Positions 20,134-30,067 of a DNA stretch of 64,000 nucleotides are shown here, one piece after another. Position 1 is the stretch's first letter. Every line of letters starts with the position of its first letter. This DNA comes from Pseudomonadota bacterium. GTDB taxonomy: Bacteria > Pseudomonadota > Alphaproteobacteria > Sphingomonadales > Sphingomonadaceae. The position numbers were made by a program, and so were the translations under genes. Under the pieces are notes generated by a model. That model had not been told where the DNA came from. It was given only the letters and a program-made list of their open reading frames with translations, and did no database searches. The DNA is taken from contig JBKPOT010000030.1 in assembly GCA_046733235.1 (NCBI GenBank), positions 1,825 to 65,824 of the forward strand, written 5' to 3'.

Positions 20134-21321
20134 ATGAACGACAGCGCCTCCGCCCCGCTCGACCGGTTCCGGAACCATGTCATGGCCGACGAAGCGCTGC
20201 AGATTCGGCTGGCGCGCTGCGAGAGCCCGGAGGCGTTCGTCGCCTTGGCGCTAGACGAGGCGGCAAGAGCGGGGATCGCGCTTTCGGCCGATTCTTTCGG
20301 AGAGCTCAGGCCCGATCCGATCGGCATGTTCCTGGGCGCGCCCGCTCCGATTCACGGCGCCTCCTGGCCCGGGCCCGACTGGCGCCCGATCCAGTTGGTG
20401 TCGCTGCCCGAGGGAGGGATCGCGGTGGACTGGGTCCATTTCGCCGGCGCCGCGCTCGACAAGCCGTTCTTCGCAACCAACGCCAGAAACGCCGCGGAGC
20501 GGCCGTTCAATCTCGCCTTCCGCTATCGCGTCGGGCTCGACGATTTCATCGAGGGAGCCGCCGCCGCCCCGCCGCCGCCCGACGGCTTCATCTTCCATAT
20601 GTCGCGATGCGGCTCCACTTTGGTCTCGCAGATGCTCGCCGCTTTGCCCGATATCGTCGCCGTCTCGGAGCCGCCGCCGCTCGATATCATGGTTCGGCTG
20701 GCCGCCGATGCCGACGAGGCCGGCGACGAGCGCGGCCTGCGCGCATTCAAGGCCATGGTTCACGCGCTGGGCCGCGATCGTCCGGGCGGCGGGCGCCGCT
20801 TCGTCTTCAAGCTCGACAGCTGGCAGACCATCATGCTGCCCTTCTTCCGCAGGGCCTTTCCGGCGGTGCCCTGGGTCTTCATCTACCGCGACCCCGTCGA
20901 AGTCCTGGTCTCGCTGATTCTGACTCCAAGCATCCAGGTCATGGCCAACGTGCCGCATCATCACCGCATCGAGACCGAGGCGGGAGCCTCGCCTGAAGAG
21001 TATATCGCTCAAGTCCTGGAGCGGGTTTGCACCATGGCCGCGGATTGCGCGGAGTCAGGCGGGCTGCTGGTCAGCCACGAAGAGCTGCCCGGAGCGATCG
21101 GGAAGATCCTCGCTCACCTGAAAATCCACGCGGGCGAGGGCGGATCGGCGGCCATGGCGGAGGCGGCACGCCGCGACGCCAAGTCGCCCTGGCGGGACTA
21201 TCAGGCGGATTCCAAGGCCAAGAGGAGCGGCGCCTCCCCGGCCGTGCGCGCCGCGGCGGAGCGTCACCTGGCGGAACCCTATCGCCGCCTAGAGGCGCTT
21301 CGGCGGGCCCGGAATCGATGA
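20134..21321 (+). CDS. Sulfotransferase-fold protein with a Nif11-like N-terminal domain
   Basis: FIFHMSRCGSTLVSQML (5'-PSB), FIYRDPVEVLVS (3'-PB); N-terminus LDRFRNHVMADEALQIRLA...AFVALA...AGIALS. Confidence 0.85.
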   Translation: MNDSASAPLDRFRNHVMADEALQIRLARCESPEAFVALALDEAARAGIALSADSFGELRPDPIGMFLGAPAPIHGASWPGPDWRPIQLVSLPEGGIAVDWVHFAGAALDKPFFATNARNAAERPFNLAFRYRVGLDDFIEGAAAAPPPPDGFIFHMSRCGSTLVSQMLAALPDIVAVSEPPPLDIMVRLAADADEAGDERGLRAFKAMVHALGRDRPGGGRRFVFKLDSWQTIMLPFFRRAFPAVPWVFIYRDPVEVLVSLILTPSIQVMANVPHHHRIETEAGASPEEYIAQVLERVCTMAADCAESGGLLVSHEELPGAIGKILAHLKIHAGEGGSAAMAEAARRDAKSPWRDYQADSKAKRSGASPAVRAAAERHLAEPYRRLEALRRARNR

Positions 21322-21357
21322 GGGCGTGCCACCCCGAAGCGATGCTATAGACGCGGC

Positions 21358-23427
21358 GTGAATCGTCTCAGCCGCCTCCTGCTCGCCCTCGCCGGGGCGC
21401 TGATCGCCGTACAGGCCGCGTCCCAGATCCTGCCGCCCGGACAAAAAGCAATGGCGGTCAGCCTGGTTGCCGAAGGCGACGCTCCGCCGGCGGGCGGCAA
21501 GGTCACTCTGGCGCTGCTGATGAAGCCGCGCCCCGGCTGGCATGGCTATTGGGAGAATCCGGGCGACGCCGGTGTCCCGAACCGAATCGAATGGCGTCTT
21601 CCCGCCGGCCTGAGCGCCGGGCCGATCCAATATCCGGTGCCGAAGCGGCTGATCGTCGCCGGCTTCATGAATTACGTCTTCGAAGGCGAGCATGCCGAGC
21701 TGATCGACCTCGAGGTGCCGGCCGGCCTCGCTCCCGGCTCGACCCTGCCGCTTCGCGCGACCCTGAATTACCTGGTCTGCACCGACCAGGTCTGCGTCCC
21801 CGAGAAAGCCGAGCTTGCGCTGGATCTCAAGGTCGCGGCGGGCCGGGTGGACGCGGCGCGCCGGGCCGAGTTCGACCTTTACCGTCAGGCCTTGCCTCGA
21901 CCGCTCGGCAGCGAGGCGCGCTTCGAGCGGGCAGGCGGCAAGCTGCGTCTCGCCATTCCCATCCCGGCGGCGATGAAGCTCGACGATCCCTATGTCTTCC
22001 CGCTCACCCTCGAAGCAGTGAACCATAGCGGACCGCAAAGGCTGTCCCGAAGCGGCGACCTGCTGATCGTCGAGACCGAAGCGGGCCGGGCACGTCCGTC
22101 TTCGCTCGACGGCGTGCTCGCGGTCGGCGGCGGCGCCGGGCTGGCCTTCCACGCCGGAGCGGGGCCGGTTCCGCCGCCCGGAGTCGCGATCGCCGGCACG
22201 GCCGGGGGCGATGATGGCGAGGGCGCGGCGAGCAATGGCGGGAGCGGCGGAGCCATGGCCGTGCTTCTGGCGCTCGGCGGAGCGATATTGGGCGGCCTGT
22301 TGCTCAACATCATGCCCTGCGTCTTCCCGATCCTCAGCCTCAAGGCGCTGAGCCTCGCGAAAGCGGGCGGGGACGAGCGGGCGGCGCGGCGAGAGGCGCT
22401 CGCTTACACGCTGGGCCTCGTCTTCGTCTGCCTCGCACTGGGCGCGACGATGCTCGCGCTCCGCTCCGGCGGCGACGCGGTCGGCTGGGCGTTCCAGCTC
22501 CAGGATCCGCGGATCATCCTGGTCCTGCTTCTGCTGGTGACCGCGATCGCGCTCAACCTGGCGGGCCTGTTCGAGCTTCCCGCGCTCGGCCTCGGCGACC
22601 GGCTGACCCGAAGCGGCGGGACCGCCGGCGCCTTCTGGACCGGCGCTCTCGCGGCCTTCGTCGCGACCCCATGCACCGGGCCGTTCATGGGCGCGGCGAT
22701 GGGCGCGGCTTTGCTTCTGCCGGGCGTCTTTGCTCTCGCCATCTTCGCCGGGCTCGGCCTCGGCCTCGCAATCCCCTTCCTTCTGCTCGGCTTCGTGCCC
22801 GCCTTGCGCCGGCGCCTTCCCAAGCCGGGACCGTGGATGGGCCGGTTCCGGCGGATATTGTCGGTGCCGATGTTCCTGACCGCATTTGGCCTCGCCTGGG
22901 TGCTGGGACGCCAGACGGGAACGGACGGGCTGGCCATCGGCCTCGCGGCCGCCCTGACTGCGGGGCTGGCCTTGTGGTGGGTCGGAAGGAGGGGTGGTTG
23001 GTATCGCCTCGCTCCCGCGGCGCTCGCGGCGGCCATTGCCATCGCTCTCTTGCCCTCGGCAGTGGAGCCCGCCTCCGCGAGGCGAAGCGGGCTTCCGGGC
23101 GAGGAACCGTTCAGCGAGCAAAGGCTTGCCGCTCTGCGCTCGGAGGGCCGTCCGGTCTTCGTCTATTTCACCGCCGACTGGTGCCTCACCTGCAAGGTCA
23201 ACGAGGCCGGAGTGCTCGAGCGGGGCGAGGTAGAGCGCGCCTTCAAGGAAAAGAACGTCGCGGTGCTGGTCGGCGACTGGACCAGAGGCGACGCGGCGAT
23301 CGGCCGATTCCTCGAAAAGGAGGGCCGGTCGGGGATCCCGCTCTATCTCTATTATCCGCCGGGCGGACGGTCCGAGACGCTGCCGCAGATCTTGACGGTC
23401 AGTCGGTTGACCAGGCTGGCGCGCTAG
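21358..23427 (+). CDS. dsbD: Thiol:disulfide interchange protein, DsbD/ScsB family
   Basis: GWHGYWENPGDAG, CTDQVC, MPCVFP, ATPCTGP, thioredoxin WCLTCK. Confidence 0.92.
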   Translation: MNRLSRLLLALAGALIAVQAASQILPPGQKAMAVSLVAEGDAPPAGGKVTLALLMKPRPGWHGYWENPGDAGVPNRIEWRLPAGLSAGPIQYPVPKRLIVAGFMNYVFEGEHAELIDLEVPAGLAPGSTLPLRATLNYLVCTDQVCVPEKAELALDLKVAAGRVDAARRAEFDLYRQALPRPLGSEARFERAGGKLRLAIPIPAAMKLDDPYVFPLTLEAVNHSGPQRLSRSGDLLIVETEAGRARPSSLDGVLAVGGGAGLAFHAGAGPVPPPGVAIAGTAGGDDGEGAASNGGSGGAMAVLLALGGAILGGLLLNIMPCVFPILSLKALSLAKAGGDERAARREALAYTLGLVFVCLALGATMLALRSGGDAVGWAFQLQDPRIILVLLLLVTAIALNLAGLFELPALGLGDRLTRSGGTAGAFWTGALAAFVATPCTGPFMGAAMGAALLLPGVFALAIFAGLGLGLAIPFLLLGFVPALRRRLPKPGPWMGRFRRILSVPMFLTAFGLAWVLGRQTGTDGLAIGLAAALTAGLALWWVGRRGGWYRLAPAALAAAIAIALLPSAVEPASARRSGLPGEEPFSEQRLAALRSEGRPVFVYFTADWCLTCKVNEAGVLERGEVERAFKEKNVAVLVGDWTRGDAAIGRFLEKEGRSGIPLYLYYPPGGRSETLPQILTVSRLTRLAR

Positions 23428-23434
23428 TTCGAAC

Positions 23435-23518
23435 CGTCATTGCGAGGAGCGGAGCGACGCGGCAATCCAGCAGGCCTCTGGAGCCGTACTGGATTGCTTC
23501 GCTACGCTCGCAATGACG
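23435..23518. repeat. CGTC/REP-like palindromic repeat, family II
   Basis: CGTCATTGCGAGGAGCGGAGCGACGCGGCAATCCAG...CTGGATTGCTTCGCTACGCTCGCAATGACG; second copy at 36806. Confidence 0.9.
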
Positions 23519-23541
23519 AAGCCAATTGACGGAAGCCTGGC

Positions 23542-25185
23542 TCAGTTCGGCCAGACCTTCTGGCCGGCGATCCAGGTCTCGAGCACCTTGGTCTCGCGAA
23601 TGTCGGCCGCGGACATGCCGTCGAAGATATCCCGGTCGATCAGCACGAAATCGGCATATTTGCCGCGCTCGAGGCTTCCGAGCCGGTCGTCGGCGAAGCC
23701 GGCATAGGCCCCGCCGCGGGTGAAGGCGGCGAGCGCCTGCTCGAGAGTCAGCTTCTGCTCGGGCATCCAGCCGCCGGGCGGCTGGCCCTGCGCGTCCTCG
23801 CGGCTGATCGCGGCGGCCAAGCCGGGAAAGGGATTGGGCGATTCGACCGGGAAGTCCGATCCAAACGCCAGCGGCACATTGTTGGCGAGCATGCTCCGCC
23901 AGGCATAAGCGCCGCCGAGCCGCTCGATCCCCATCCGGGCTTCGGCCATCCGCCAGTCCGAGGTCTGGTGGACCGGCTGCATCGATGCGATCGTGCCGTG
24001 GAGCGCGAATTTGGGCAGGTCCGCCGGATCGACGATCTGGGCATGCTCGATCCGCCATCGCCGGTCGCCGGTATAGGTCTCGGAAAGCTCATCGATCGCT
24101 CCGAGCAATTCGGCATTGGCGGCATCGCCGATCGCGTGGACCGCGACCTGGAATCCGTCCATCGCCGCCCGGCTCATCAGATTCTTCATCTCGGTGTCGT
24201 TGTGGAAGGAGAGGCCGCGCTCGCCGGGCCTGTCCTTGTAGGGCTGCTTGAGCCACGCCCCGCGCGAGCCGAGCGCTCCGTCCGAGTAGAGCTTCACCCC
24301 GATCATCCGGAGCCGGCTGTCATAGAGCCACGGGGTCGGCCCGGTGCCGGCGACGGCGAGCGTCGATTCGAGCCCGGAACCGTAGGAGATGATCCGCACC
24401 CGAAGCCGGCCGAGATCGCCGGACCGGCGCATCGTCAGCCAATCCTCCACGCTCGTCCCCATGTCGGCGACGCTGGTGATTCCGGTGGCGAGCAGGATGT
24501 CCTGGGCCCGAACCAGAGCGAGATCGCGGATCCGCGGCAGCGGCGGCGGCACGACCTTGTCGATCAGCTGGGTCGCCGCGTCGATGAAGATCCCGGTCGG
24601 CCGGCCATTGGCCATTTCCACCTTGCCACCCGCCGGCGAGGCCGTCCGCGCGGTGATCCCGGCCGCCTGAAGCGCTTTGCTGTTGGCCCAGCCGGCATGG
24701 CCGTCGACCCGCTCGAGCCAGACCGGCCGATCGTTGACCACGGCATCGATGTCGGCGGCGGTGGGAAAGCGCCCGAGGCCCCATTTCTCCTGGTTCCAGC
24801 CGCGCCCCACGACCCAGACCGGAAGCGGGTTGGCGGCCGAGAAAGCGGCGATCTTCGCTTTGGCCTCGTCGAGACTCCTGGTGTCGCTGAGATCGAGGGT
24901 GAGAGCGCCGAGGCCGAGGCTCATGACATGGCCGTGAGCGTCGATCAGGCCGGGGATCAGCGTCTTGCCTTTGGCGTCGAAGCGGAAGCGGGGGCGCTCC
25001 GCCCTGCGCTCGCCGCGGGCGTAGATCTGCTGGACCTTGCCGTCGTCGCCGACCAGCATCGCGACGAAGCGGACCAGCCGGCCGTCGCGCCCGATCGTGT
25101 AGCCGTTGACATTGTCGACCAGGACGTCGGCCAGCGCCGCCTGCGCCCAGAGCAGGAGGGCGAGCATGGCAAGCAGCTTCTTCAT
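23542..25185 (-). CDS. Secreted amidohydrolase 3 (YtcJ-like)
   Basis: Signal peptide; PGLIDAHGH, VKLYSDGALGSRGA, VHAIGDAAN, RIEHAQ, FGSDFPV. Confidence 0.93.
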   Translation of the reverse strand: MKKLLAMLALLLWAQAALADVLVDNVNGYTIGRDGRLVRFVAMLVGDDGKVQQIYARGERRAERPRFRFDAKGKTLIPGLIDAHGHVMSLGLGALTLDLSDTRSLDEAKAKIAAFSAANPLPVWVVGRGWNQEKWGLGRFPTAADIDAVVNDRPVWLERVDGHAGWANSKALQAAGITARTASPAGGKVEMANGRPTGIFIDAATQLIDKVVPPPLPRIRDLALVRAQDILLATGITSVADMGTSVEDWLTMRRSGDLGRLRVRIISYGSGLESTLAVAGTGPTPWLYDSRLRMIGVKLYSDGALGSRGAWLKQPYKDRPGERGLSFHNDTEMKNLMSRAAMDGFQVAVHAIGDAANAELLGAIDELSETYTGDRRWRIEHAQIVDPADLPKFALHGTIASMQPVHQTSDWRMAEARMGIERLGGAYAWRSMLANNVPLAFGSDFPVESPNPFPGLAAAISREDAQGQPPGGWMPEQKLTLEQALAAFTRGGAYAGFADDRLGSLERGKYADFVLIDRDIFDGMSAADIRETKVLETWIAGQKVWPN

Positions 25186-26048
25186 CGGGTCAGCCTTCTG
25201 ATCAGCGAGGAGGTGTCGTTGCGTGCCCCGCCCATCGCCTGGACGTCGGCATAGAATTGATCGACCAGCGCCGCGACCGGCAGGCGCGCGCCGTTGCGCC
25301 GCGCCTCGTCCAACGTGAGGCCGAGATCCTTGCGCATCCAGTCGACCGCGAAACCGAAATCGAACCGCCCTTCGTCCATGCTGTGCCAGCGATTGATCAT
25401 CTGCCAGCTCTGCGCCGCGCCGCCCGAAATCGCCTCGAACACCTTGCCGGTATCGAGCCCCGCCGACTTGGCGAAATGAAGCGCCTCGGACAGGCCCTGG
25501 ACGACGCCGGCAATGGCGATCTGGTTGACCATCTTGGTGAGCTGGCCGCTTCCGTCCGGGCCGACATGGACGATCCGCGCCGCATAGGCCCGCATCAGCG
25601 GCTCCGCCGCCGCGAACGCTTGCGGAGTCCCGCCGCACATGATCGCGAGCTGGCCTTTCTCGGCGCCCGCCTGGCCGCCCGAAACCGGCGCGTCGAGCGC
25701 CAGCAGCCCGCGGCCGGCCGCCTCCCCGGCGAGGCGTCGGGCGATCGACGCCGACACGGTGGTATGGTCGACGAACAAAGCGCCGGCGCGCATCGCCCGG
25801 AAAGCGCCGTCGGGCCCGAGGGTCACCGCCTCGAGATCGTCGTCCGCGCCGACGCAGGAGATGACCGCATCCGCGCCGGCGGCACCCTCGGCGGGGGTCG
25901 CAGCGACAGCGCCTTTATACCTAGCGACCCAGGCTTCCGCCTTGGCGACGCTCCGATTGTGGACGACGAGGTCGTGTCCCGCGGCGGCGAGATGGCCGGC
26001 CATTGGGCCTCCCATGACTCCGAGGCCGATGAACGCGATCCGTGCCAT
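25182..26048 (-). CDS. NAD(P)-dependent beta-hydroxyacid dehydrogenase (3-hydroxyisobutyrate/tartronate-semialdehyde family)
   Basis: IAFIGLGVMGGPMA, LDAPVSGGQAGA, GQLTKMVNQI, KDLG. Confidence 0.93.
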   Translation of the reverse strand: MARIAFIGLGVMGGPMAGHLAAAGHDLVVHNRSVAKAEAWVARYKGAVAATPAEGAAGADAVISCVGADDDLEAVTLGPDGAFRAMRAGALFVDHTTVSASIARRLAGEAAGRGLLALDAPVSGGQAGAEKGQLAIMCGGTPQAFAAAEPLMRAYAARIVHVGPDGSGQLTKMVNQIAIAGVVQGLSEALHFAKSAGLDTGKVFEAISGGAAQSWQMINRWHSMDEGRFDFGFAVDWMRKDLGLTLDEARRNGARLPVAALVDQFYADVQAMGGARNDTSSLIRRLTR

Positions 26049-26122
26049 TGCCCGGCGCATAAGGCCTGTTGCTGCGCGACGCCAGATGGGCCTGTTTGCC
26101 AAGTGAACGGCAATTCTCAAAT

Positions 26123-26227
26123 CGTCATCCCCGCGAAGGCGGGGATCCCGCTTCCTTTGCTGACGGCGCGCTTACGCGGAATCAGGAAGAAAGAAGAAGC
26201 GGGATCCCCGCTTTCGCGGGGATGACG
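26123..26227. repeat. CGTC/REP-like palindromic repeat, family I
   Basis: CGTCATCCCCGCGAAGGCGGGGATCCCGCTT...AAGCGGGATCCCCGCTTTCGCGGGGATGACG. Confidence 0.9.
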
Positions 26228-26391
26228 GGAAGAAGCTCACCCCTCCCAATCCGGTAGCGAATGGCGCTCGGTTCGTCCCGTGCTGGAACGGCTCGTCTCT
26301 TAACCCTGGTTTGGACCGGTCTCGCTCTTTTCAAGACTTGCCGGGAGGCTCATAAAGAGTCCGGCAACCACGCCTCTCAACCGTCGGAGCA

Positions 26392-27156
26392 TTGGTGAGC
26401 GCACCCTTCCGCTTTCCACGATTTTTCGTAACCAGCCCCGCTCCGTGCCCCTATTTGCCGGGCAAGACGGAGCGAAAGGTGTTCACGGAATTGTCGGGTC
26501 CGCACGCCGGCGAGCTCAACGATGCGCTCGGGCGGATCGGCTTCCGGCGAAGCCAGAGCGTCGCCTACCGGCCGAGCTGCCTCGATTGCTCGGCGTGCAT
26601 CTCGGTCCGGGTCGTCGCCGGCGAGTTCCAGCCGAGCGCGACCCAGCGCAAGATGCTCCGCAAGCATTCCGATCTCGAGGTCACCGCCTGCAAGCCGTGG
26701 ACGACCGACGAGCAATATGAATTGCTCCGCCGCTATCTGCGCCAGCGCCATCCGGGCGGCGGGATGGTCGACATGGACGAGGGCGATTTCGCCGACATGA
26801 TCGAGCAGAGCCCGGTCAAGACCTATGTGATCGAATATCGCGAGCCGTCCGAGGGCGGGCGGCCCGGCCGGCTGGTCGGCGCCTGCCTGACCGACCAGCA
26901 GGCCGACGGCCTGTCGATGATCTACAGCTTCTTCGAGCCCGACGATTCGAAGCGGCAGGGTCTCGGCACCTACATCATCCTCGATCACATCATCCGCGCC
27001 GGGCGGGCCGGGCTCCCCTATGTCTATCTCGGCTATTGGGTCGAGAGCTCGCGCCGAATGGCCTACAAGGCGCGCTTCCGCCCGCTCGAGCGGCTCGGGC
27101 CGAACGGCTGGCACCGCTTCGAGCCGGACCAGAGAGAGCTTCCGCTCAATTCCTGA
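26392..27156 (+). CDS. ate: Aminoacyl-tRNA-protein transferase (ATE/Bpt family, N-end rule)
   Basis: [20 protein letters not shown]...[35 protein letters not shown]. Confidence 0.93.
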   Translation: MVSAPFRFPRFFVTSPAPCPYLPGKTERKVFTELSGPHAGELNDALGRIGFRRSQSVAYRPSCLDCSACISVRVVAGEFQPSATQRKMLRKHSDLEVTACKPWTTDEQYELLRRYLRQRHPGGGMVDMDEGDFADMIEQSPVKTYVIEYREPSEGGRPGRLVGACLTDQQADGLSMIYSFFEPDDSKRQGLGTYIILDHIIRAGRAGLPYVYLGYWVESSRRMAYKARFRPLERLGPNGWHRFEPDQRELPLNS

Positions 27157-27281
27157 GCTGCGCAAGGCTTGGCAGGGCAGTCGTGCCGTGCCGACCGCCG
27201 AATTTCTTGGTCTATACTGTATTAACCAAGGCATTGCGCCGACAACAGCCTTTTAACATCTTCTCTCTAAATCTGTTTCCC

Positions 27282-29273
27282 ATGGGGTTTGTGAAGACTT
27301 GCTTCGGCGGGCTCATCGACGTTGGGGAGGCCGAGAGCCTCGTGGGGCGGTCGCTCCTCGAGGAGCGCTATCGCGCGCTCCAGCGCCAGATCCCTTTGCT
27401 CTACATCATCGCTCTGGCGAACTTCACCAGCCTCCACCTCGCGACCGCCGGCCTGGGGGCGATTCTCAGCCCCTCGTCTTTGCTCGCCGGCGGGGTGTTG
27501 GTCAGGCTCGCTTACTGGGTGCGCGCCCGCAACCGCAGGCCCTCGCCCGAGCAGATCTTGCGCGAGCTCAGGAAGACCTTCCTCTTCGCTCTGGCCTTCT
27601 GCGTCTGCTTCTGCGCCTGGGGCATCTATCTGATGGAGACCGGCGCGGTCGGGGAACGGAATTATGTGATCCTGTTCGGAAGCCTGGCGGCGATCGGCTG
27701 CGCCTACGGCCTGAGCAGCTTCCCGAGCGCCGCCCGTTTGCCCCTGCTTCTCCTCGGCCTGCCGCTCGCGGTGAGGCTGATGCTGTTCGGCGACCTTGCT
27801 CACGTCTCGACCGGGCTCAGCCTGTTCGTCATCACCCTGGTCAGCCTTCGACTGCTTGGGATCCATAACGAGAATTTCTCCAAGGTCGTCGAATCGCGCG
27901 CCCAGATCGGCGCCGAGCGCGAGCGCGCCCGCCGTGCCGAAAAGGCCGCGAAAGCGGAGAAGGCCAAGGCGCGCATCGTCGCCGATACCGACCCGCTGAC
28001 CGGCCTCGCCAATCGCCGGGCTTTCCTTCGGGTACTGACCCGCGAAGCGGGATCGCTCAATCGCACCAGGCGGCATTTCGCCCTGGCGATGGTCGATCTC
28101 GACGGCTTCAAGCCGATCAACGACACGTTCGGCCACGCCACCGGCGATTCGGTTCTGACCGAGGTCGGCAGCAGGCTGAGGCGCGTCGGCGGCAAGGGCG
28201 CCCTCGTCGCACGAACCGGCGGCGACGAATTCGCTCTTCTTCTTCCGGGCTGCGCGAACGCCGAGGAGGCGGCCGTGGCCGGCGCGGGCGTCTGCGCCGT
28301 GCTCCAGGCGCCGTTCACGGTCGACGGCCGCGAGTTCCGGATCTCCGGCTCCTGCGGCCTCACTCTGCTCGACGCCGGGGATTGCAACGTGTCGCGCGCC
28401 TTGATCCGCGGCGACACCGCGCTTTACCGCGCCAAGCAGAACGGCCGCTCGGGCGTGGCGGTCTTTTCCCCCGACATGGAGGAGCTTCACCGGCGCCGCG
28501 TCCGGATCGAGAAAGCGCTTCGGCTCGCCGAGACCCGCGACCGGATCGATCTCCGCTACCAGCCGATCATCGACCTCGCCAGCGGACGGCTTCGCGCCTT
28601 CGAGGCGCTGGCGCGCTGGCAGGACGACGAGCTCGGGATCGTCTCGCCGGGCGAGTTCATCCCGATCGCCGAGCAGATCAGCGTCATCACCGATCTGAGC
28701 GACAGCCTGCTCGCCAAGGCGGCGAGCGAGGCGGGCAATTGGCCCGAGGTGATCAGGCTGTCGTTCAACCTCAGCGCGGTCCAGCTGTGCAGCGTCGGCT
28801 CGGCCGGGCGGATCCTCTCGATCCTCGAGGCGAGCGATATGCCGCCGTCGCGGCTTCAGATCGAGGTGACCGAGACCGCCTTGCTGGTCGACTTCACCGT
28901 CGCCCGCGACAATCTCCAGGCGCTCCGCGCCGCCGGGGCACGGATCGTCCTCGACGATTTCGGCGCCGGCCACGCCTCCATCTCCTACCTTCGCGAGATG
29001 CGGTTCGACGGAATCAAGCTCGACGGCGCCCTGGTCGCCCAGGACGGCGACAATCTGCGCGGCCGCCGCCTCCTGAAGGGCGTGCTCGAATTGTGCGCCT
29101 CGCTCGGCCTGCCCTGCGTCGCCGAGCATATCGAGACTCCCGCCCAGCTGACCCTGCTTCGCGAGCTCAATTGCCGGGACGGCCAAGGCTTCCTGCTCTC
29201 GCCGCCGCTCGACGCGAAGCACGCCTCGGCTCTGGCGGCCTCGTCGATCGGCGAGGTCCGGAGAATCGCCTAG
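27282..29273 (+). CDS. Membrane-bound diguanylate cyclase/phosphodiesterase (GGDEF-EAL)
   Basis: About 5 TM helices, DPLTGLANRR, DLDGFKPIND, GGDEF, FEALARW, DDFGAG; exact start uncertain. Confidence 0.92.
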   Translation: MGFVKTCFGGLIDVGEAESLVGRSLLEERYRALQRQIPLLYIIALANFTSLHLATAGLGAILSPSSLLAGGVLVRLAYWVRARNRRPSPEQILRELRKTFLFALAFCVCFCAWGIYLMETGAVGERNYVILFGSLAAIGCAYGLSSFPSAARLPLLLLGLPLAVRLMLFGDLAHVSTGLSLFVITLVSLRLLGIHNENFSKVVESRAQIGAERERARRAEKAAKAEKAKARIVADTDPLTGLANRRAFLRVLTREAGSLNRTRRHFALAMVDLDGFKPINDTFGHATGDSVLTEVGSRLRRVGGKGALVARTGGDEFALLLPGCANAEEAAVAGAGVCAVLQAPFTVDGREFRISGSCGLTLLDAGDCNVSRALIRGDTALYRAKQNGRSGVAVFSPDMEELHRRRVRIEKALRLAETRDRIDLRYQPIIDLASGRLRAFEALARWQDDELGIVSPGEFIPIAEQISVITDLSDSLLAKAASEAGNWPEVIRLSFNLSAVQLCSVGSAGRILSILEASDMPPSRLQIEVTETALLVDFTVARDNLQALRAAGARIVLDDFGAGHASISYLREMRFDGIKLDGALVAQDGDNLRGRRLLKGVLELCASLGLPCVAEHIETPAQLTLLRELNCRDGQGFLLSPPLDAKHASALAASSIGEVRRIA

Positions 29274-29277
29274 GGCC

Positions 29278-30060
29278 TTATTCGGCCGCCTTCGGCTGTT
29301 CCTTCTCCGAATTCGCCTCCGCCATGAAGGGCGGGTTGGGGATTGCCCGGGTCGCCTCGTGGAGAAGGATCGACCAGCGCAGCGACAATTCGTTGAAATA
29401 TTCGTCGTCGGGCTCGATCCGCCGGGTCAGGATCGGCGCCTTGGGATCGCGCTTCATCACCATCAGGTCGAGCGGCCGGGCGACCCCCAGGTTCGACCGC
29501 ATCGCGCTGTCGAACGAGAGAAAGGCGGTCTTGACCGCCTCGTCGAGCGGCGTGTCGACCTCGATCCCGCGGTCGAGGATCGGCTTGCCATATTTGGTCT
29601 CTCCGATCTGAAGGAAGGGCGATTCCGGCTTGCACTGGATGAAATTGCCGGCCGAATAGATCTGGAACAGCTGCGGCGCGGCCTTGCCGATCCTTCCTCC
29701 GACCAGGAGCGAGACCGAGCTGTTGAGATTGATCGCTTCGAGCGCGGTCCCGACCGTCCGGTTGGCGGTCTGGACGGCCTCGCCGACCAGCTGAGCGACC
29801 CGGAACATAGAGTTGCAGCGGTTAAGGGTGCGCGGCAGCTCGTCGCCCTCGCCCGAGGGCAGTCCCTCCATGACCAGGCTGATCACCGACTGGCTCATCG
29901 ACAGGCTGCCCGACGTGCAGGCGTAGATCTGGCGGTCCGGAGCCGCGGCGAGCGTGTGCAATTTCTTGTAGGAGGAAAAATTGTCGACTCCGGCATTGGT
30001 CCTTGTGTCGGCGATCATCACCAGGCCGTCCTCGAGCAGCATTCCGATGCAATAGGTCAT
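29278..30060 (-). CDS. Anbu proteasome-type (Ntn) peptidase
   Basis: MTYCIGM...ADTRTNAGVDN (N-terminal Thr), GSLSMSQ, QIGETKYGKPILDR, SFDSAMRSNLGV. Confidence 0.93.
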   Translation of the reverse strand: MTYCIGMLLEDGLVMIADTRTNAGVDNFSSYKKLHTLAAAPDRQIYACTSGSLSMSQSVISLVMEGLPSGEGDELPRTLNRCNSMFRVAQLVGEAVQTANRTVGTALEAINLNSSVSLLVGGRIGKAAPQLFQIYSAGNFIQCKPESPFLQIGETKYGKPILDRGIEVDTPLDEAVKTAFLSFDSAMRSNLGVARPLDLMVMKRDPKAPILTRRIEPDDEYFNELSLRWSILLHEATRAIPNPPFMAEANSEKEQPKAAE

Positions 30061-30067
30061 ATCGCCC

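Noticed and set aside
23542-25638. 698-aa ORF suggesting a dehydrogenase-amidohydrolase fusion
   Set aside because: The extension is an off-frame read of the upstream dehydrogenase; the real start with a signal peptide is at 25185 (ATGA overlap)
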